Part shown: in pieces, positions 30,436-40,542 of the stretch
Layout of the letters: every line of letters begins with the position of its first letter
Position numbering within the stretch: the first letter of the stretch is position 1
IMG/VR virus record: IMGVR_UViG_3300034101_003213
Coordinates: 1 to 59,978 of that record
Direction: 5' to 3' (one strand)
Origin: a virus
Lineage: Duplodnaviria > Caudoviricetes
Length of the DNA: 59,978 nt
The notes under the pieces: generated by a model
Told to the model about the DNA's origin: nothing
The model's input: the letters and a program-made list of their open reading frames with translations, nothing else
Databases searched by the model: none
Made by a program: the position numbers and the translations under genes

Positions 30436-31263
30436 TTATCCTATAAGAGGATCTGGTGGCAATTCTTGCGTTTTAACCAGACTTTGTTCTATTTGATTCA
30501 ATTCATTTACCGCATCCGCCATTATTGCACCAGCGTTCAATTGGGCACCACCTGGTAGCGGTACACCAGCGAATTTCATTAAATTTTGAGCCCATTGTTT
30601 TTTAAGTAGCGCTGTATAATACTTTTTAAAGATACGATCATTCCAAACTCTTGAATATTGGCTTGGGTCTATTTGAACATACGCTTCAACTAACATGTAT
30701 TGGCCGGGGATCATTTTTGAACTTTCTAGTTCTAAAAATAATCTTTGTGTTGTTCTGGAGAAAGTATATGAACAAGGATAGTTAAAAACATCATTTACCA
30801 ATTTGAGATAACTCATAGACTCCATATATTGGGCCATAGGTCCAGTTGAGAGTCCACCTTGATTAAAGTACAATCCAAAGAAATCAAACAAAGTTAATTG
30901 ATATCTAAGATCAAACATATAGTCACCAGAAATATCTGATGGTCTGTAAACTTTGGTAATTGTTCTGATATCAGATGCAACAGGCCACATGCCTGTATTT
31001 CCATTTGCAAAGGTAAATCCTTTTGCGCCAACCGCATCACCAAATGTCGAGGTATCAAAATAACCACGTGCTTTATCAGTTTCAGTTACTGGATACAAAA
31101 ACCAAGCTCTTTGATTAAAATCAAAGTGTCTTTCATACATATATTCCAATGCTTCATTTAATCTATCTTCTGCTTGCTCCGGATCAATGTTTACTTGAAT
31201 TACGGGGGCACCCAATGATCTAAAGCAATAGTCTATGAATTCCTGTTTAGTGGTCGGCTGCAT
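30436..31263 (-). CDS. gp13: Neck protein
   Basis: YC.R.LGAPVIQVN, K.Y.TAL.KKQW..NL.KF.G..LPGG..LN; start moved to MQPTTK. Confidence 0.93.
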   Translation of the reverse strand: MQPTTKQEFIDYCFRSLGAPVIQVNIDPEQAEDRLNEALEYMYERHFDFNQRAWFLYPVTETDKARGYFDTSTFGDAVGAKGFTFANGNTGMWPVASDIRTITKVYRPSDISGDYMFDLRYQLTLFDFFGLYFNQGGLSTGPMAQYMESMSYLKLVNDVFNYPCSYTFSRTTQRLFLELESSKMIPGQYMLVEAYVQIDPSQYSRVWNDRIFKKYYTALLKKQWAQNLMKFAGVPLPGGAQLNAGAIMADAVNELNQIEQSLVKTQELPPDPLIG

Positions 31264-31268
31264 AAAAA

Positions 31269-31276
31269 TATTTATC
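31269..31276 (-). promoter_or_regulatory. Late promoter GATAAATA (gp13)
   Basis: 5 nt before ATG, no SD. Confidence 0.7.
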
Positions 31277-31715
31277 AATTTTTTATTATATTGTTTACTC
31301 GTTCAAATATTTCTTCTTTTTCTTTATCAACCGAGACTGTAAGTGTTATCAATTTTAAATTATCAAAATTCATACTTTCAATTTGTTTTTTTCTTTCATT
31401 TTCTTCTAATGGAGAATTAGGATCATAGTTTGTAAATCCTGGCATTTTTAAAGGGCAATTAAGTTGTGGATAATCTAGCTTTGAGTAAATTCCATCTTCT
31501 CTTTCAAGCCAAGTGTGTGGGTGATCTCCACAATTGCATGCTTTACAATAAAAATGGTTTGATTTATCGCTTTTTGTTAGATATTTGCAAGGCGATATAT
31601 CATTTAAACCATAACAAGAAACATGTCTTAATTTTTTAGTTTCAACATCAATTTTATTGTTTTTTAATCCTCTAGATGCAATAGCCATCGCAAAGGACAT
31701 TATTTTGCTGAACAT
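31275..31715 (-). CDS. Small Cys-rich hypothetical protein
   Basis: R..SC..PC..YCKACNCGD..L.CP; resembles 46369..47028. Confidence 0.75.
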   Translation of the reverse strand: MFSKIMSFAMAIASRGLKNNKIDVETKKLRHVSCYGLNDISPCKYLTKSDKSNHFYCKACNCGDHPHTWLEREDGIYSKLDYPQLNCPLKMPGFTNYDPNSPLEENERKKQIESMNFDNLKLITLTVSVDKEKEEIFERVNNIIKN

Positions 31716-31717
31716 TT

Positions 31718-32338
31718 TTATACACTCTCATAAATAATTTTCATCCCGGCTGGATAAACAGATTTATTTAAAAAATCCTTATATTGATCAGGAACATTTG
31801 CTCTTACAATTATAAAACCTGGGCTACCTGTTACAACTTCACATAAATCGTAAGGCAGACCAAGTAAAGTAATTAAAAGATATTGTATTGCGTCTGGTGT
31901 TCCCTTTTTTCTAAAATAGTTTTCTTCAACTTTTAAGGAAAATACTTTTAAATTTGGTAACAATGGTTTTAAATTATCAGAAGAAAAATCTTGTTCTGGA
32001 AAATATAAGTCTGCCAAACCTAAAAGCATTTTATCCGAAAGTTTGTGTGGAACATGAATAGTTTCCCAAGGAACTGCAGCACCATAACCTCTTTCAACAT
32101 CAAATAGCCATCGCTGATAACTTTTTATAATTTGAACAATTAAAACACTATTTGGATCATCATTTGATTTTTTAATAATCCATTTTGGAAACAATGAATT
32201 TGTTGTTAGTTTGTCTCCAAACCATCTTGATCCTTGAACATTAAAAAATTCAGATCCTAAAATAGATTTAACTTTAGAGATCATCAACTCTATTTTTTTA
32301 TTTAATTTAACAGGTATTTTATTAAATAGTAAAATCAT
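31718..32338 (-). CDS. Baseplate wedge protein, gp7-like (short)
   Basis: After gp6; FPKW, Y..WL, YFRKKGT..AI..L, YPAGM motifs. Confidence 0.65.
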   Translation of the reverse strand: MILLFNKIPVKLNKKIELMISKVKSILGSEFFNVQGSRWFGDKLTTNSLFPKWIIKKSNDDPNSVLIVQIIKSYQRWLFDVERGYGAAVPWETIHVPHKLSDKMLLGLADLYFPEQDFSSDNLKPLLPNLKVFSLKVEENYFRKKGTPDAIQYLLITLLGLPYDLCEVVTGSPGFIIVRANVPDQYKDFLNKSVYPAGMKIIYESV

Positions 32339-33405
32339 TGTGAATATATTAAATTGATACCAGCAACTGCTTTTGTTCCGAGATAAATCATTAATTCATT
32401 TTTTCTATTTTCTGGCAAGTCTTGGACAAAAATTTTAATTCGACTTGGAACTGTATCATTTGCTACTGTAATTTTAGATATATCATCTGTTCCTGAAATT
32501 CCAGATTGTAAAATTGCATTTTCATAGTCTGCCAATGTTACACACCGATTTTCAGCAGAAATAGAGAATTGAACTTTAGATCTTGCTAATTCTACACTTA
32601 GTGAATCGTATCCACCAGTTGGTGTATTAAAAGTTTCAAATTTTAAATTTGAAGGAAGTTTTAAAGATGCATTGTTTCCGAGAACTCCATTACTTGTAAT
32701 TGCTCGGACATATACAGTTTGATCTGCAGCAATGTCTGCAGATTCTGGCAATTTAGCAGTTACTAAGTAACCATTTACTGTGTTCAAGACAGTAAAGTAA
32801 TTACCAATGTCTCTATTAAAATCGGTTTTGTCTACTCTCTCCCATACAGTTTCTTCTCCAATAACGTTGGTAGTGTATAGAGAAATTGTCGATGGATCAA
32901 CTGTTAGAGGAACTGTAAGAGATTGAGTATTAAAATCCCAGTCTGTATATTGAACTAGATTTAATCCAGAATATAAAGTTAATGATGTAGTTGTATTTGG
33001 GGATACTTCTTTTAAATTAAAAAAGTAAATTGTAGAATTATCTGGTGTTATTGCTTGTATTGGAGTATATGGTGCCAGTGTGCTTCCGGTAACTGTAACC
33101 GTATTGGTTACACTAGCAGATTTTTTAGCCTCTAGCAATACTGAACTATTTGAAGCCAATCCAAATATTGATTCTAATAAATTTGCAGTGCTTAAAAAGG
33201 ATTCATGATATCCAAATTGTGCATACACACCGTTATATGCTGCTCCTGTTGCAAGAATATTGCAAATCATGCTTATAGCGCTGCTGTCATTATCAAAATC
33301 TAAAGATTTTAAATTTGGTTCAGATCGTAAAAAGTTTTTTAGAGATCGTATGATGTCATTATAGTTAAGAGACACCACATTTAATTTTTTAAAGTCCAAA
33401 GTCAT
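32335..33405 (-). CDS. gp6: Baseplate wedge protein (short)
   Basis: L.Y.DI...LK.FL, DFD.D.S, ESFLSTA, TSNG..GN, GG.D, NRCVTLADY. Confidence 0.85.
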   Translation of the reverse strand: MTLDFKKLNVVSLNYNDIIRSLKNFLRSEPNLKSLDFDNDSSAISMICNILATGAAYNGVYAQFGYHESFLSTANLLESIFGLASNSSVLLEAKKSASVTNTVTVTGSTLAPYTPIQAITPDNSTIYFFNLKEVSPNTTTSLTLYSGLNLVQYTDWDFNTQSLTVPLTVDPSTISLYTTNVIGEETVWERVDKTDFNRDIGNYFTVLNTVNGYLVTAKLPESADIAADQTVYVRAITSNGVLGNNASLKLPSNLKFETFNTPTGGYDSLSVELARSKVQFSISAENRCVTLADYENAILQSGISGTDDISKITVANDTVPSRIKIFVQDLPENRKNELMIYLGTKAVAGINLIYSQ

Positions 33406-33782
33406 ACTAGTTCTACCTCGATTTTACATGTTGTTGTTGTTTGTTGCATTTTGTTTCCAGCTGTAAATGTAACATTTAAAATTATTATATTATCATCATA
33501 ATATGCAATTTGTGTTCTAGCTTTGCTAATATCTTTTATGCCCGCTTTAATTGCAACAGATATGCTGTTTTCGATTGAAGCCTTAAATGATATAGGATCA
33601 AAAATAAATGAGTAATAGTCAACACCCAGATCCGGAGCAGATGGTATTTCGCCACGTTGTAAACGACAAATGTTTTCTATTTTTTGAACATAAGAATTGA
33701 TATCTGTAACAAAAGAAACGTCTTTTTTATTATTAGACGAATCTATTAGCAATCCTAGGATATTAAAATCTTTGTTATACAT
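33402..33782 (-). CDS. gp25: Baseplate wedge/sheath initiator
   Basis: I.NI....GEIP..PDLG....FIFDP; precedes gp6. Confidence 0.8.
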   Translation of the reverse strand: MYNKDFNILGLLIDSSNNKKDVSFVTDINSYVQKIENICRLQRGEIPSAPDLGVDYYSFIFDPISFKASIENSISVAIKAGIKDISKARTQIAYYDDNIIILNVTFTAGNKMQQTTTTCKIEVELV

Positions 33783-33788
33783 TCTTAA

Positions 33789-33796
33789 TATTTATA
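33789..33796 (-). promoter_or_regulatory. Late promoter TATAAATA (gp25)
   Basis: 6 nt before ATG. Confidence 0.75.
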
Positions 33797-33815
33797 AGAG
33801 TTTTGTCTTATTTTA

Positions 33816-34595
33816 TTATGCTTCGGCGTTTTTTCTAATATTACAGATTTCCAAAGTTGTTGTATGAGATCCGGAATTTAATATGTTATGTTTTACAGAT
33901 AAAACGTAATAATCTCTAGTTAACACAGATTGTCCTGGTTGGGATGTAGAAGGACCTGACATTGATGCCATGTTATCTACTTTAAGACGAACAATATCTC
34001 CTGGTGTTATAGATAAATCACCAGCAATAGAAATTGTAACACGCTCACCATATTGGACTGAATCTAAAAATTCTTGTCTTTGTGCTGGTACTTCTATTGG
34101 TGTTTTCCAAAATGTCGCAACATTCAATCTTAATTTTAAATAATCTGCAAATCTCTCTCCTATATCGGGACATGTGCAACTGAAAGAAGCCATAGGAGAA
34201 CCCCAAAGACATCCTAGCCATGCAGTTCCCAACATGACCTCACCATCTTTATCGCTATAAAATGGTGGAAATGTGCCACCTGTAATTTCATTACATTCGT
34301 CTGATGTTATTCCAGTAAGCAAGTCGTAAAATGGACTTATAGCCGCACAAAATCCTTCTACATTTGGTCCATACCAATAGTTACCACCACACACACCCAT
34401 TGCATCGGCTATAACTTTTATATTTGGAAATTTATCAAGACATTCTGTTATAGATATAGGAGGATTTGTAAAACCTCTTGTTATTTGTGCATTAGCACAT
34501 GTATAAGAATGCTTCGATGAAAGAGTGGTGTTTGCAATTTGAACTTCACTTGCACCAACAGTTACAATTTGATTTGGTTTATTATTTAATCGCAT
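33816..34595 (-). CDS. Baseplate hub-like C-terminal part (gp27/late control D type), Cys-rich N-half
   Basis: C-terminal ISIAGDLSITPGDIVRL..YYVLSVKHNI..HTTTLEI. Confidence 0.6.
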   Translation of the reverse strand: MRLNNKPNQIVTVGASEVQIANTTLSSKHSYTCANAQITRGFTNPPISITECLDKFPNIKVIADAMGVCGGNYWYGPNVEGFCAAISPFYDLLTGITSDECNEITGGTFPPFYSDKDGEVMLGTAWLGCLWGSPMASFSCTCPDIGERFADYLKLRLNVATFWKTPIEVPAQRQEFLDSVQYGERVTISIAGDLSITPGDIVRLKVDNMASMSGPSTSQPGQSVLTRDYYVLSVKHNILNSGSHTTTLEICNIRKNAEA

Positions 34596-36988
34596 GGCCC
34601 ATCCATTATATTTTGTGCATCAAACCAATAAATAAATTTTCCATCATAGAACCGTAGTAAGGCTTGATCTGTTATATTTGAATCTCTCAAAAGTTTTATA
34701 ACTGGAATTTTATACATTTTAACGATGTGTAATTTTTTAAATTCATAAAAGGCACAAGATCCAGTGGGATACACAGGTAATTGTTTTTCATCAGCCGCAT
34801 CTTGACTATAAAGTGGAGGAAATGTTATTCCTTTAGGTTCTACTCCAATAGTGCCTGCTGTTAAATCTATTATTGGATGACCGATTGGGCGATATTTTAT
34901 TTTTTGGAATCCCTCATCTATTACACTTTGTGCATGCCAACCTGGAGAATAATACCCACCTTCATCTCCTGTAGTTCCTTGACCTAAGAATGGGAATAAA
35001 GGAAATCCACTATAAGTTAATCCTGTTGCAGAATACCAATTAGTTCTTTCACTTATATTAATAGCAAAATTGAATCTTAAATCTTGGAAAGGCCATCCAG
35101 ACCATTCTCCGTTGGGTTTTCTAGTAACCGGATCATAAAGCGGATCACCCACATCTAAAACCCATAATCTATTTTCTGGTGTTGAAAATATTTCATATTC
35201 ATTTCCATACATCCAATCTGGCTCTGTTTGTTTTAAGTTTAACTTGATTGCTGTTGGATCATCTATTAATTTTAATTTTGCCCAAGCATATCTGTATTTT
35301 AATGGTTCCCCGTTTACACCTTTTTGTTTAAAATATGGATCCCAACCAGATTGGTCTCTACCTAACAGAGCAGCAAAAAAAGTTTCTTCCTTGGCTTCTT
35401 TGATACAACATAAAACATAAGAAATAAAATTTTGTCTTTCTATTTTTCTAATATGTTCTAGTTGTTTTGAAACACCTTTTAATTTATCAAAAGTATTATA
35501 ACGTATTAAAGCAATTCGATTTAAATAATTTAATTCAGGCCCACCTGAAACTGCACCAGCATCATAATTTATTTTTTCTCCCAAATTGGGATCTACAGGA
35601 GTTAAATCAAATTGATTTTTCCACATTTCCGCACAGTCAACATAAGGCATATATCCAGTATCACCCATAAAATTGGTATCATAATAAGCACCACCATAAC
35701 CAAAATCTCTACCTATATGAGTAGTGTTACTGACATTATCCAATGGATTCATAGAATCATAAAAACCCCAAAAATTTTTATAAATTAATTCATTTGCTCC
35801 TTGAGGTACTTTATTTACAACTCCCTCCGAAGAAACAATTTGATAATCATATTTTTGACCTTCATCTTGGAATTGAAATGATAATTTAGCAAATGTGTTA
35901 CCGTCAAATGTAGTGTTACCACTTACATCATTTAAAAATTTAGGAGTTTTTCTTACATAAAAATATTTCTTTGACATGAATTGATCTGCGGGACTAGTAG
36001 CCAAAGAATATATTTTTTTAAACTTTGCTTCTTCTCCATCAACTTCTATTTGAATGTATGTATTATCTGAATCATACACAGCATAATTAAATTCTTTTAC
36101 TTTTCTTTTAGCTTGAGCTATTTTATCTTTTTTCAAATCTTGATAAAAATATTTGAATATTATGGTTTCAAACCAACCTGTCCAAAATAAAAATCTTGGA
36201 AAATTTGAATCATAAATTATTTCTCCAACAAAAATGTTGTTTTGAGTAAAAAAACCTAAGTCTCTTGCTTCTATTGGTTCATCTGGATTGTATGCTTTTG
36301 GTATAGAATATGAACTCAAATACGAAAGATATTGAATTGTATTGTCTATTGGATAGTGTGTTCTATCTTCAACTCCATTCAACCCAACATAAAAAGATAA
36401 ATTTTCTGTTTTATCCGCGAAGTACGGAAAAAAGTCTTCTTTTCTATTTGGTGAATTTAAGTCTAAAGAAAAATTTCTAAATGGAGAATCTACACTGGTT
36501 GTAACGCTTTCATATATAGCACTAACAAGTCTAAAATTTTTATGTATTGGTCTTGAATAAGGAACAGGACCTTCAATTTGAGAAAAGGAAGATTGTTCTG
36601 CCAGTTTATAGATATAATTTGTAAAATTAATTGAAACAAATGTTTGTTCTGTTTCTGCAGCAGCATTGTTTATGTAACTTGTGCTGGTTATATAAAAACA
36701 CCAACGATTACCATTTACGTCAAACATTATTATAGTATCTATCTCATTACTTTTGATATATGATACTATATCTTGAATATCTCTAAGTATTAAACTCCCT
36801 TTAGGATATGGTTCAAAAACACTTTCAATCAATTCTATTTTTTCAAATTGACAATAAACATTTTTATTTCTATCAAATAATCTAATTCCTTTTGTCAATT
36901 CATCTCCAGCCTCAGAAATGAGACCATCAACTTTATCATTTACTAAAAGAATATCACTGATTTGCGAGGTTAAAGGATTGGTTGCCAT
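34586..36988 (-). CDS. Large baseplate protein with hub (gp27-like) N-terminus
   Basis: IELIESVFEPYPKGSLILRD N-terminal hub-like motif; follows gp53. Confidence 0.55.
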   Translation of the reverse strand: MATNPLTSQISDILLVNDKVDGLISEAGDELTKGIRLFDRNKNVYCQFEKIELIESVFEPYPKGSLILRDIQDIVSYIKSNEIDTIIMFDVNGNRWCFYITSTSYINNAAAETEQTFVSINFTNYIYKLAEQSSFSQIEGPVPYSRPIHKNFRLVSAIYESVTTSVDSPFRNFSLDLNSPNRKEDFFPYFADKTENLSFYVGLNGVEDRTHYPIDNTIQYLSYLSSYSIPKAYNPDEPIEARDLGFFTQNNIFVGEIIYDSNFPRFLFWTGWFETIIFKYFYQDLKKDKIAQAKRKVKEFNYAVYDSDNTYIQIEVDGEEAKFKKIYSLATSPADQFMSKKYFYVRKTPKFLNDVSGNTTFDGNTFAKLSFQFQDEGQKYDYQIVSSEGVVNKVPQGANELIYKNFWGFYDSMNPLDNVSNTTHIGRDFGYGGAYYDTNFMGDTGYMPYVDCAEMWKNQFDLTPVDPNLGEKINYDAGAVSGGPELNYLNRIALIRYNTFDKLKGVSKQLEHIRKIERQNFISYVLCCIKEAKEETFFAALLGRDQSGWDPYFKQKGVNGEPLKYRYAWAKLKLIDDPTAIKLNLKQTEPDWMYGNEYEIFSTPENRLWVLDVGDPLYDPVTRKPNGEWSGWPFQDLRFNFAINISERTNWYSATGLTYSGFPLFPFLGQGTTGDEGGYYSPGWHAQSVIDEGFQKIKYRPIGHPIIDLTAGTIGVEPKGITFPPLYSQDAADEKQLPVYPTGSCAFYEFKKLHIVKMYKIPVIKLLRDSNITDQALLRFYDGKFIYWFDAQNIMDGPCD

Positions 36989-36993
36989 GTATA

Positions 36994-37830
36994 TTAAACT
37001 CTATAATTTTGGGTTATTTTTTTGAAGAAAGAATCTTTTAGAGATCCGTTCAAATACATTTGTATTTTGGGAATAGTATTTTTAATAGTCTCTGAATTAC
37101 TTATAACAACCCCACCTGTGCCTACTGGTTCATATGGTGATTGACCACTTCCCTTTTTCAAAAGGGGATATTCAGAATTAACCTTTATTAGGTCTTTAAC
37201 TTCATTAAAGGAATATTCGATTTTACTGGCCACACCAAGTTCTTGGGTTATTCCATAAATTCCTGCTTGTTTGTCGTACCAAGTATATCCTGTTGAAGAA
37301 CCTACAATGCCTTTTAATGGACCCATATCATTAGCATTTGCAAAGGTAAAGCCTTCTAGATATTTTATTACTGCTCGCTTTGAAAATGGATTGTAAGACT
37401 CAATCAAAGCAAAACCACCATTTAAATCAAATTCTCCTGTACTACCATACTCCCAGTTAGCACCAGTATTTTCTGTGCGAGGAAATATCAATGATCCATT
37501 AGTAAAAATTGCATCTTCAGCGCTGTTATAAACTAAAAGTTGTAATCCAGTAAATCCAGCTACAGTATTTTCTTGTACAGAGTTGTTAGGTTCTAATAAA
37601 TCAAACGGATTTATTTTTTTATTTGCAAATAAAAATAGCCAAAAAGAATCAATGTTATCATAAATTTTTTTAGATGTTTCTATAAGTGTGTCATTACTAT
37701 CGATTACCAATTCTGTCAACACAAATTTAGAATCGTTTACTGTATAATAGGATGTCATGTCAACAATATTAAAATTGCCTATTGTTGTTGTATAAGATCT
37801 TGTTGGTAAACTATTAAAATAATTAATCAT
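36994..37830 (-). CDS. gp53: Baseplate wedge protein
   Basis: YFNSLP..Y, E..S.KIY....FWLFLFAN.KINPF (LysM-like gp53 motif); start MINYF. Confidence 0.8.
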   Translation of the reverse strand: MINYFNSLPTRSYTTTIGNFNIVDMTSYYTVNDSKFVLTELVIDSNDTLIETSKKIYDNIDSFWLFLFANKKINPFDLLEPNNSVQENTVAGFTGLQLLVYNSAEDAIFTNGSLIFPRTENTGANWEYGSTGEFDLNGGFALIESYNPFSKRAVIKYLEGFTFANANDMGPLKGIVGSSTGYTWYDKQAGIYGITQELGVASKIEYSFNEVKDLIKVNSEYPLLKKGSGQSPYEPVGTGGVVISNSETIKNTIPKIQMYLNGSLKDSFFKKITQNYRV

Positions 37831-38653
37831 TGGGGAATTCTTTTGCAGAAAGTTCAGACTTTGATAAAATAGATTGTGTTTCGGGATCCCATGTTCCGGT
37901 TTCAAATTCCTCAAAAGCCACAGAAAGAAGAGTTATATTTGAATGCCCTGTAGGTAATAAACGAACTACGGGGTCTGCTTTATCGTTCTTTTTAACTGTA
38001 ACAGATGTTAATACACATACTAGTGGGTCCCCCAACCAATCTGATGTATAATCTACGTTAGTAGCCACTAAACCTGTATTTGGAATAATTTCCATTGACC
38101 ATAAATTTTGAGGGAATGTTCTTTCTGGTAACCCAGCAACTGCGGTTGGATATGATGTCTTTTTAAATGTTCCACAAATTTGTTCAACAGTCACCGCTTC
38201 TCTTTGATTTTTTGGAGCAAATATGTATTTGAATTCATATCTCTTTCTAGCCTCGGATACCATTGTTAATTCGGTTACGTTGGAAAACTTTTTAAATGTT
38301 GAACTTTGAAGGTTTTGTAACTCTTGTATGAAAGATACTGAACTGTATTCTCTTCCCGCGTCATAGTTGCTAGTATCAATCTCTCCATTTTTCATCTTTC
38401 CACCATTATTTAATATGTTTGGTGTAAACCCAGTAATTGGTGCTATAGGAGTCCAGCCTTGGCCGAATTCATGTGCTGCAGCATAACCGACATCGCTTGG
38501 TAGAGGCAATGTAATGGTATATGCTGCACGATTTTGTACTGAATTTCTTGTTCTTTCTGTATTCTTTACGGAGTAAGTTGAAACAAAAAACTTTAAAAAT
38601 AGTGGTTGATCTTGAACATATGGCCACAAAGGATATGCGTAGTTTACTGGCAT
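37823..38653 (-). CDS. gp48: Baseplate tail-tube cap
   Basis: ITLPLP, R.YEFKY.FAPKN..EA...I...FK, CVLTSV.V, L..AF.E.E. Confidence 0.8.
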   Translation of the reverse strand: MPVNYAYPLWPYVQDQPLFLKFFVSTYSVKNTERTRNSVQNRAAYTITLPLPSDVGYAAAHEFGQGWTPIAPITGFTPNILNNGGKMKNGEIDTSNYDAGREYSSVSFIQELQNLQSSTFKKFSNVTELTMVSEARKRYEFKYIFAPKNQREAVTVEQICGTFKKTSYPTAVAGLPERTFPQNLWSMEIIPNTGLVATNVDYTSDWLGDPLVCVLTSVTVKKNDKADPVVRLLPTGHSNITLLSVAFEEFETGTWDPETQSILSKSELSAKEFPND

Positions 38654-38658
38654 AAAAA

Positions 38659-38673
38659 TATTTATCATAAATA
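38659..38673. promoter_or_regulatory. Back-to-back late promoters (gp48 and gp4)
   Basis: GATAAATA on minus (38659-66) and CATAAATA on plus (38666-73), 5 and 6 nt before their ATGs. Confidence 0.72.
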
Positions 38674-38679
38674 TTTTAT

Positions 38680-39105
38680 ATGGCCTACAAAACAAAATTT
38701 AATCCCAAAAATACGTCGAAGTATATTGGTGATGTATCAAAAATAAACTGTAGATCATTATGGGAGCGAAATATATGTAAATTTTGTGATGAAAATCCAA
38801 ATATAAAAAAATGGACATTTGAGGAAATAGTCATTCCTTATATGAGTCCTCTTGATAAAAAAATTCACAATTACTTTCCAGATTTTTTAATAGAATTTGA
38901 TCAAAAGGGAAAAACTACTACTTGGATGATTGAAGTTAAGCCATCAAAACAAACTTATTTAAAAGAAAACGCATCTAAAAAAGAAAAATTAACTTGGATT
39001 ATCAATCAAGCTAAATGGCAAGCCGCAGAAAACTATTGTAAAAAACACAATATGGAATTTAAAATAATTACAGAAAAAGAAATATTTAAAAATGGCAGAG
39101 AATAA
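38680..39105 (+). CDS. gp4: Head completion protein (TnsA-like fold)
   Basis: F.PKN..KY.GD, RSLWER, IPY.SP.D...H.YFPDF, IEVKP..Q, NQAKW.AA. Confidence 0.93.
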   Translation: MAYKTKFNPKNTSKYIGDVSKINCRSLWERNICKFCDENPNIKKWTFEEIVIPYMSPLDKKIHNYFPDFLIEFDQKGKTTTWMIEVKPSKQTYLKENASKKEKLTWIINQAKWQAAENYCKKHNMEFKIITEKEIFKNGRE

Positions 39106-39679
39106 TAACTCAATAGAAACAATAAAAACATACTTTGCAAACCACAATGGTTTGCAATTAAGTAATAGATTTAGTGTTGCATTTCGCAATCTGCCTTTTC
39201 AATTTAGAGACCAAAATGGAAGATCCCCGGTAGTTCAAGCACAAGAAGTAGTATTCCCTCCTAGATCGCTAGAAACTGTTGTTGATGGATTGCAAGGATA
39301 TGGACCGGGTAGATATGTTCCAAGATATCAAAAAATATTAACCAGTGGTATTATTATCACATTTCCTATCACAAATGATTCATTTATACTAGACTTAATG
39401 GATCAGTGGTTTAATTACTTTTATTCAAGTAACTTTGCTAATAATAGAGTCAACCAATCAAGAAATTACATTTTGCCATTTTATGATGATGCTGTTCTTC
39501 CTGTTTTTATGGATATATCAATTTTAGATCCTAATGGAAATCCAAATTTAACAATTACTCTAAGTGAAGTATTTCCGGTAGAAACACAACCATTTCTACT
39601 GTCCATGAAAACTGAAAACACCTATTTAACATATCCAGTGGTATTTGGTTATAGAGATTATCAATATAATATTGCTTAA
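39092..39679 (+). CDS. Tail-tube-like baseplate protein (gp54-like)
   Basis: GL.LSNRF.V, W...., L.EVFP, V.FGYR; lies between gp4 and gp26. Confidence 0.7.
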   Translation: MAENNNSIETIKTYFANHNGLQLSNRFSVAFRNLPFQFRDQNGRSPVVQAQEVVFPPRSLETVVDGLQGYGPGRYVPRYQKILTSGIIITFPITNDSFILDLMDQWFNYFYSSNFANNRVNQSRNYILPFYDDAVLPVFMDISILDPNGNPNLTITLSEVFPVETQPFLLSMKTENTYLTYPVVFGYRDYQYNIA

Positions 39680-39694
39680 AGGTGGATATAATAT

Positions 39695-40354
39695 ATGAAA
39701 GAGTTATTAAAACAAATACAAGAGTCGTTGCCAACATATGACGCAGTGCTTCCATTTTCAAAACAGGAAGTATCCTTTACACCATTCAGAGTAAAAGATT
39801 CAAAAAATATATCGATCATTCTTCAAGAAGACAATAAAAAACTTGCATTAAAAGCAATGGTAGATCTTCTAAAGAATTGCTGTGTAAAGGTTAATCCTTT
39901 AGATCTTTGCTTGGCTGATGCTGAATATCTATTTTTGCTTATAAGATCTAAGAGCGTTGAGGAAAACATAAATTTAGTTGTAAACAATAATCACGTTAAA
40001 ATTAATATCTTTAATATAGAAACCAAAAATAATTTTATAGATACAGAAATAAAGGTATCTCCAAAATTGATTTTAAAAATTGAAACACCAAAAGTGAAAA
40101 ACATTTTACAATTAAATGATCTTTCAAGAAAGAACATGCTGCTGGCATCAATTAAAGAAATTGTGGTAAACAAAGAAATTTACAATGTAGAAAAGTTTGT
40201 TCCAAATGAAATATCTGAATTTTTAGAAAATTTGCCTTTAAATATTTTAAATGAGTTAGAAAAAATAAAACATCCTGAACTTCATTTTTCAGTAAAAGTA
40301 GATAATGAAGAAAGTGAGGTAACAGGTTTTCTAAGTTTTTTTACCTTTCAATGA
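39695..40354 (+). CDS. gp26: Baseplate hub assembly protein
   Basis: LPTY...LP, FTPF.VK, D.EYLFL.IRSKSV.E, G..SFF. Confidence 0.88.
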   Translation: MKELLKQIQESLPTYDAVLPFSKQEVSFTPFRVKDSKNISIILQEDNKKLALKAMVDLLKNCCVKVNPLDLCLADAEYLFLLIRSKSVEENINLVVNNNHVKINIFNIETKNNFIDTEIKVSPKLILKIETPKVKNILQLNDLSRKNMLLASIKEIVVNKEIYNVEKFVPNEISEFLENLPLNILNELEKIKHPELHFSVKVDNEESEVTGFLSFFTFQ

Positions 40355-40542
40355 AATTTTTTGATTTAAAAAATTATTACGTTACTAATTTTAATTTGTT
40401 GAATGTTGGAAACATGAATTTAGGTGATATTGAAAATATGTTATTTTGGGAAAGAGACATATATACAAATCTTCTCATTCAACACAATAAAAAAATAAAA
40501 AATAGTTTTTCAGAAAACCCATTAAATAACATATATGAATGA
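40351..40542 (+). CDS. gp51: Baseplate hub assembly chaperone
   Basis: L.NYY.TNF.L, IENML.WERDIY..LL. Confidence 0.85.
   Translation: MKFFDLKNYYVTNFNLLNVGNMNLGDIENMLFWERDIYTNLLIQHNKKIKNSFSENPLNNIYE

Noticed and set aside
38680-39105. TnsA-like nuclease as a Tn7 transposon or homing endonuclease
   Set aside because: Matches gp4 motifs and synteny; no tnsB/C or terminal repeats.
25258-40542. Stand-alone tailocin or eCIS
   Set aside because: Capsid, portal, terminase and replication genes are present, so this is a phage tail.
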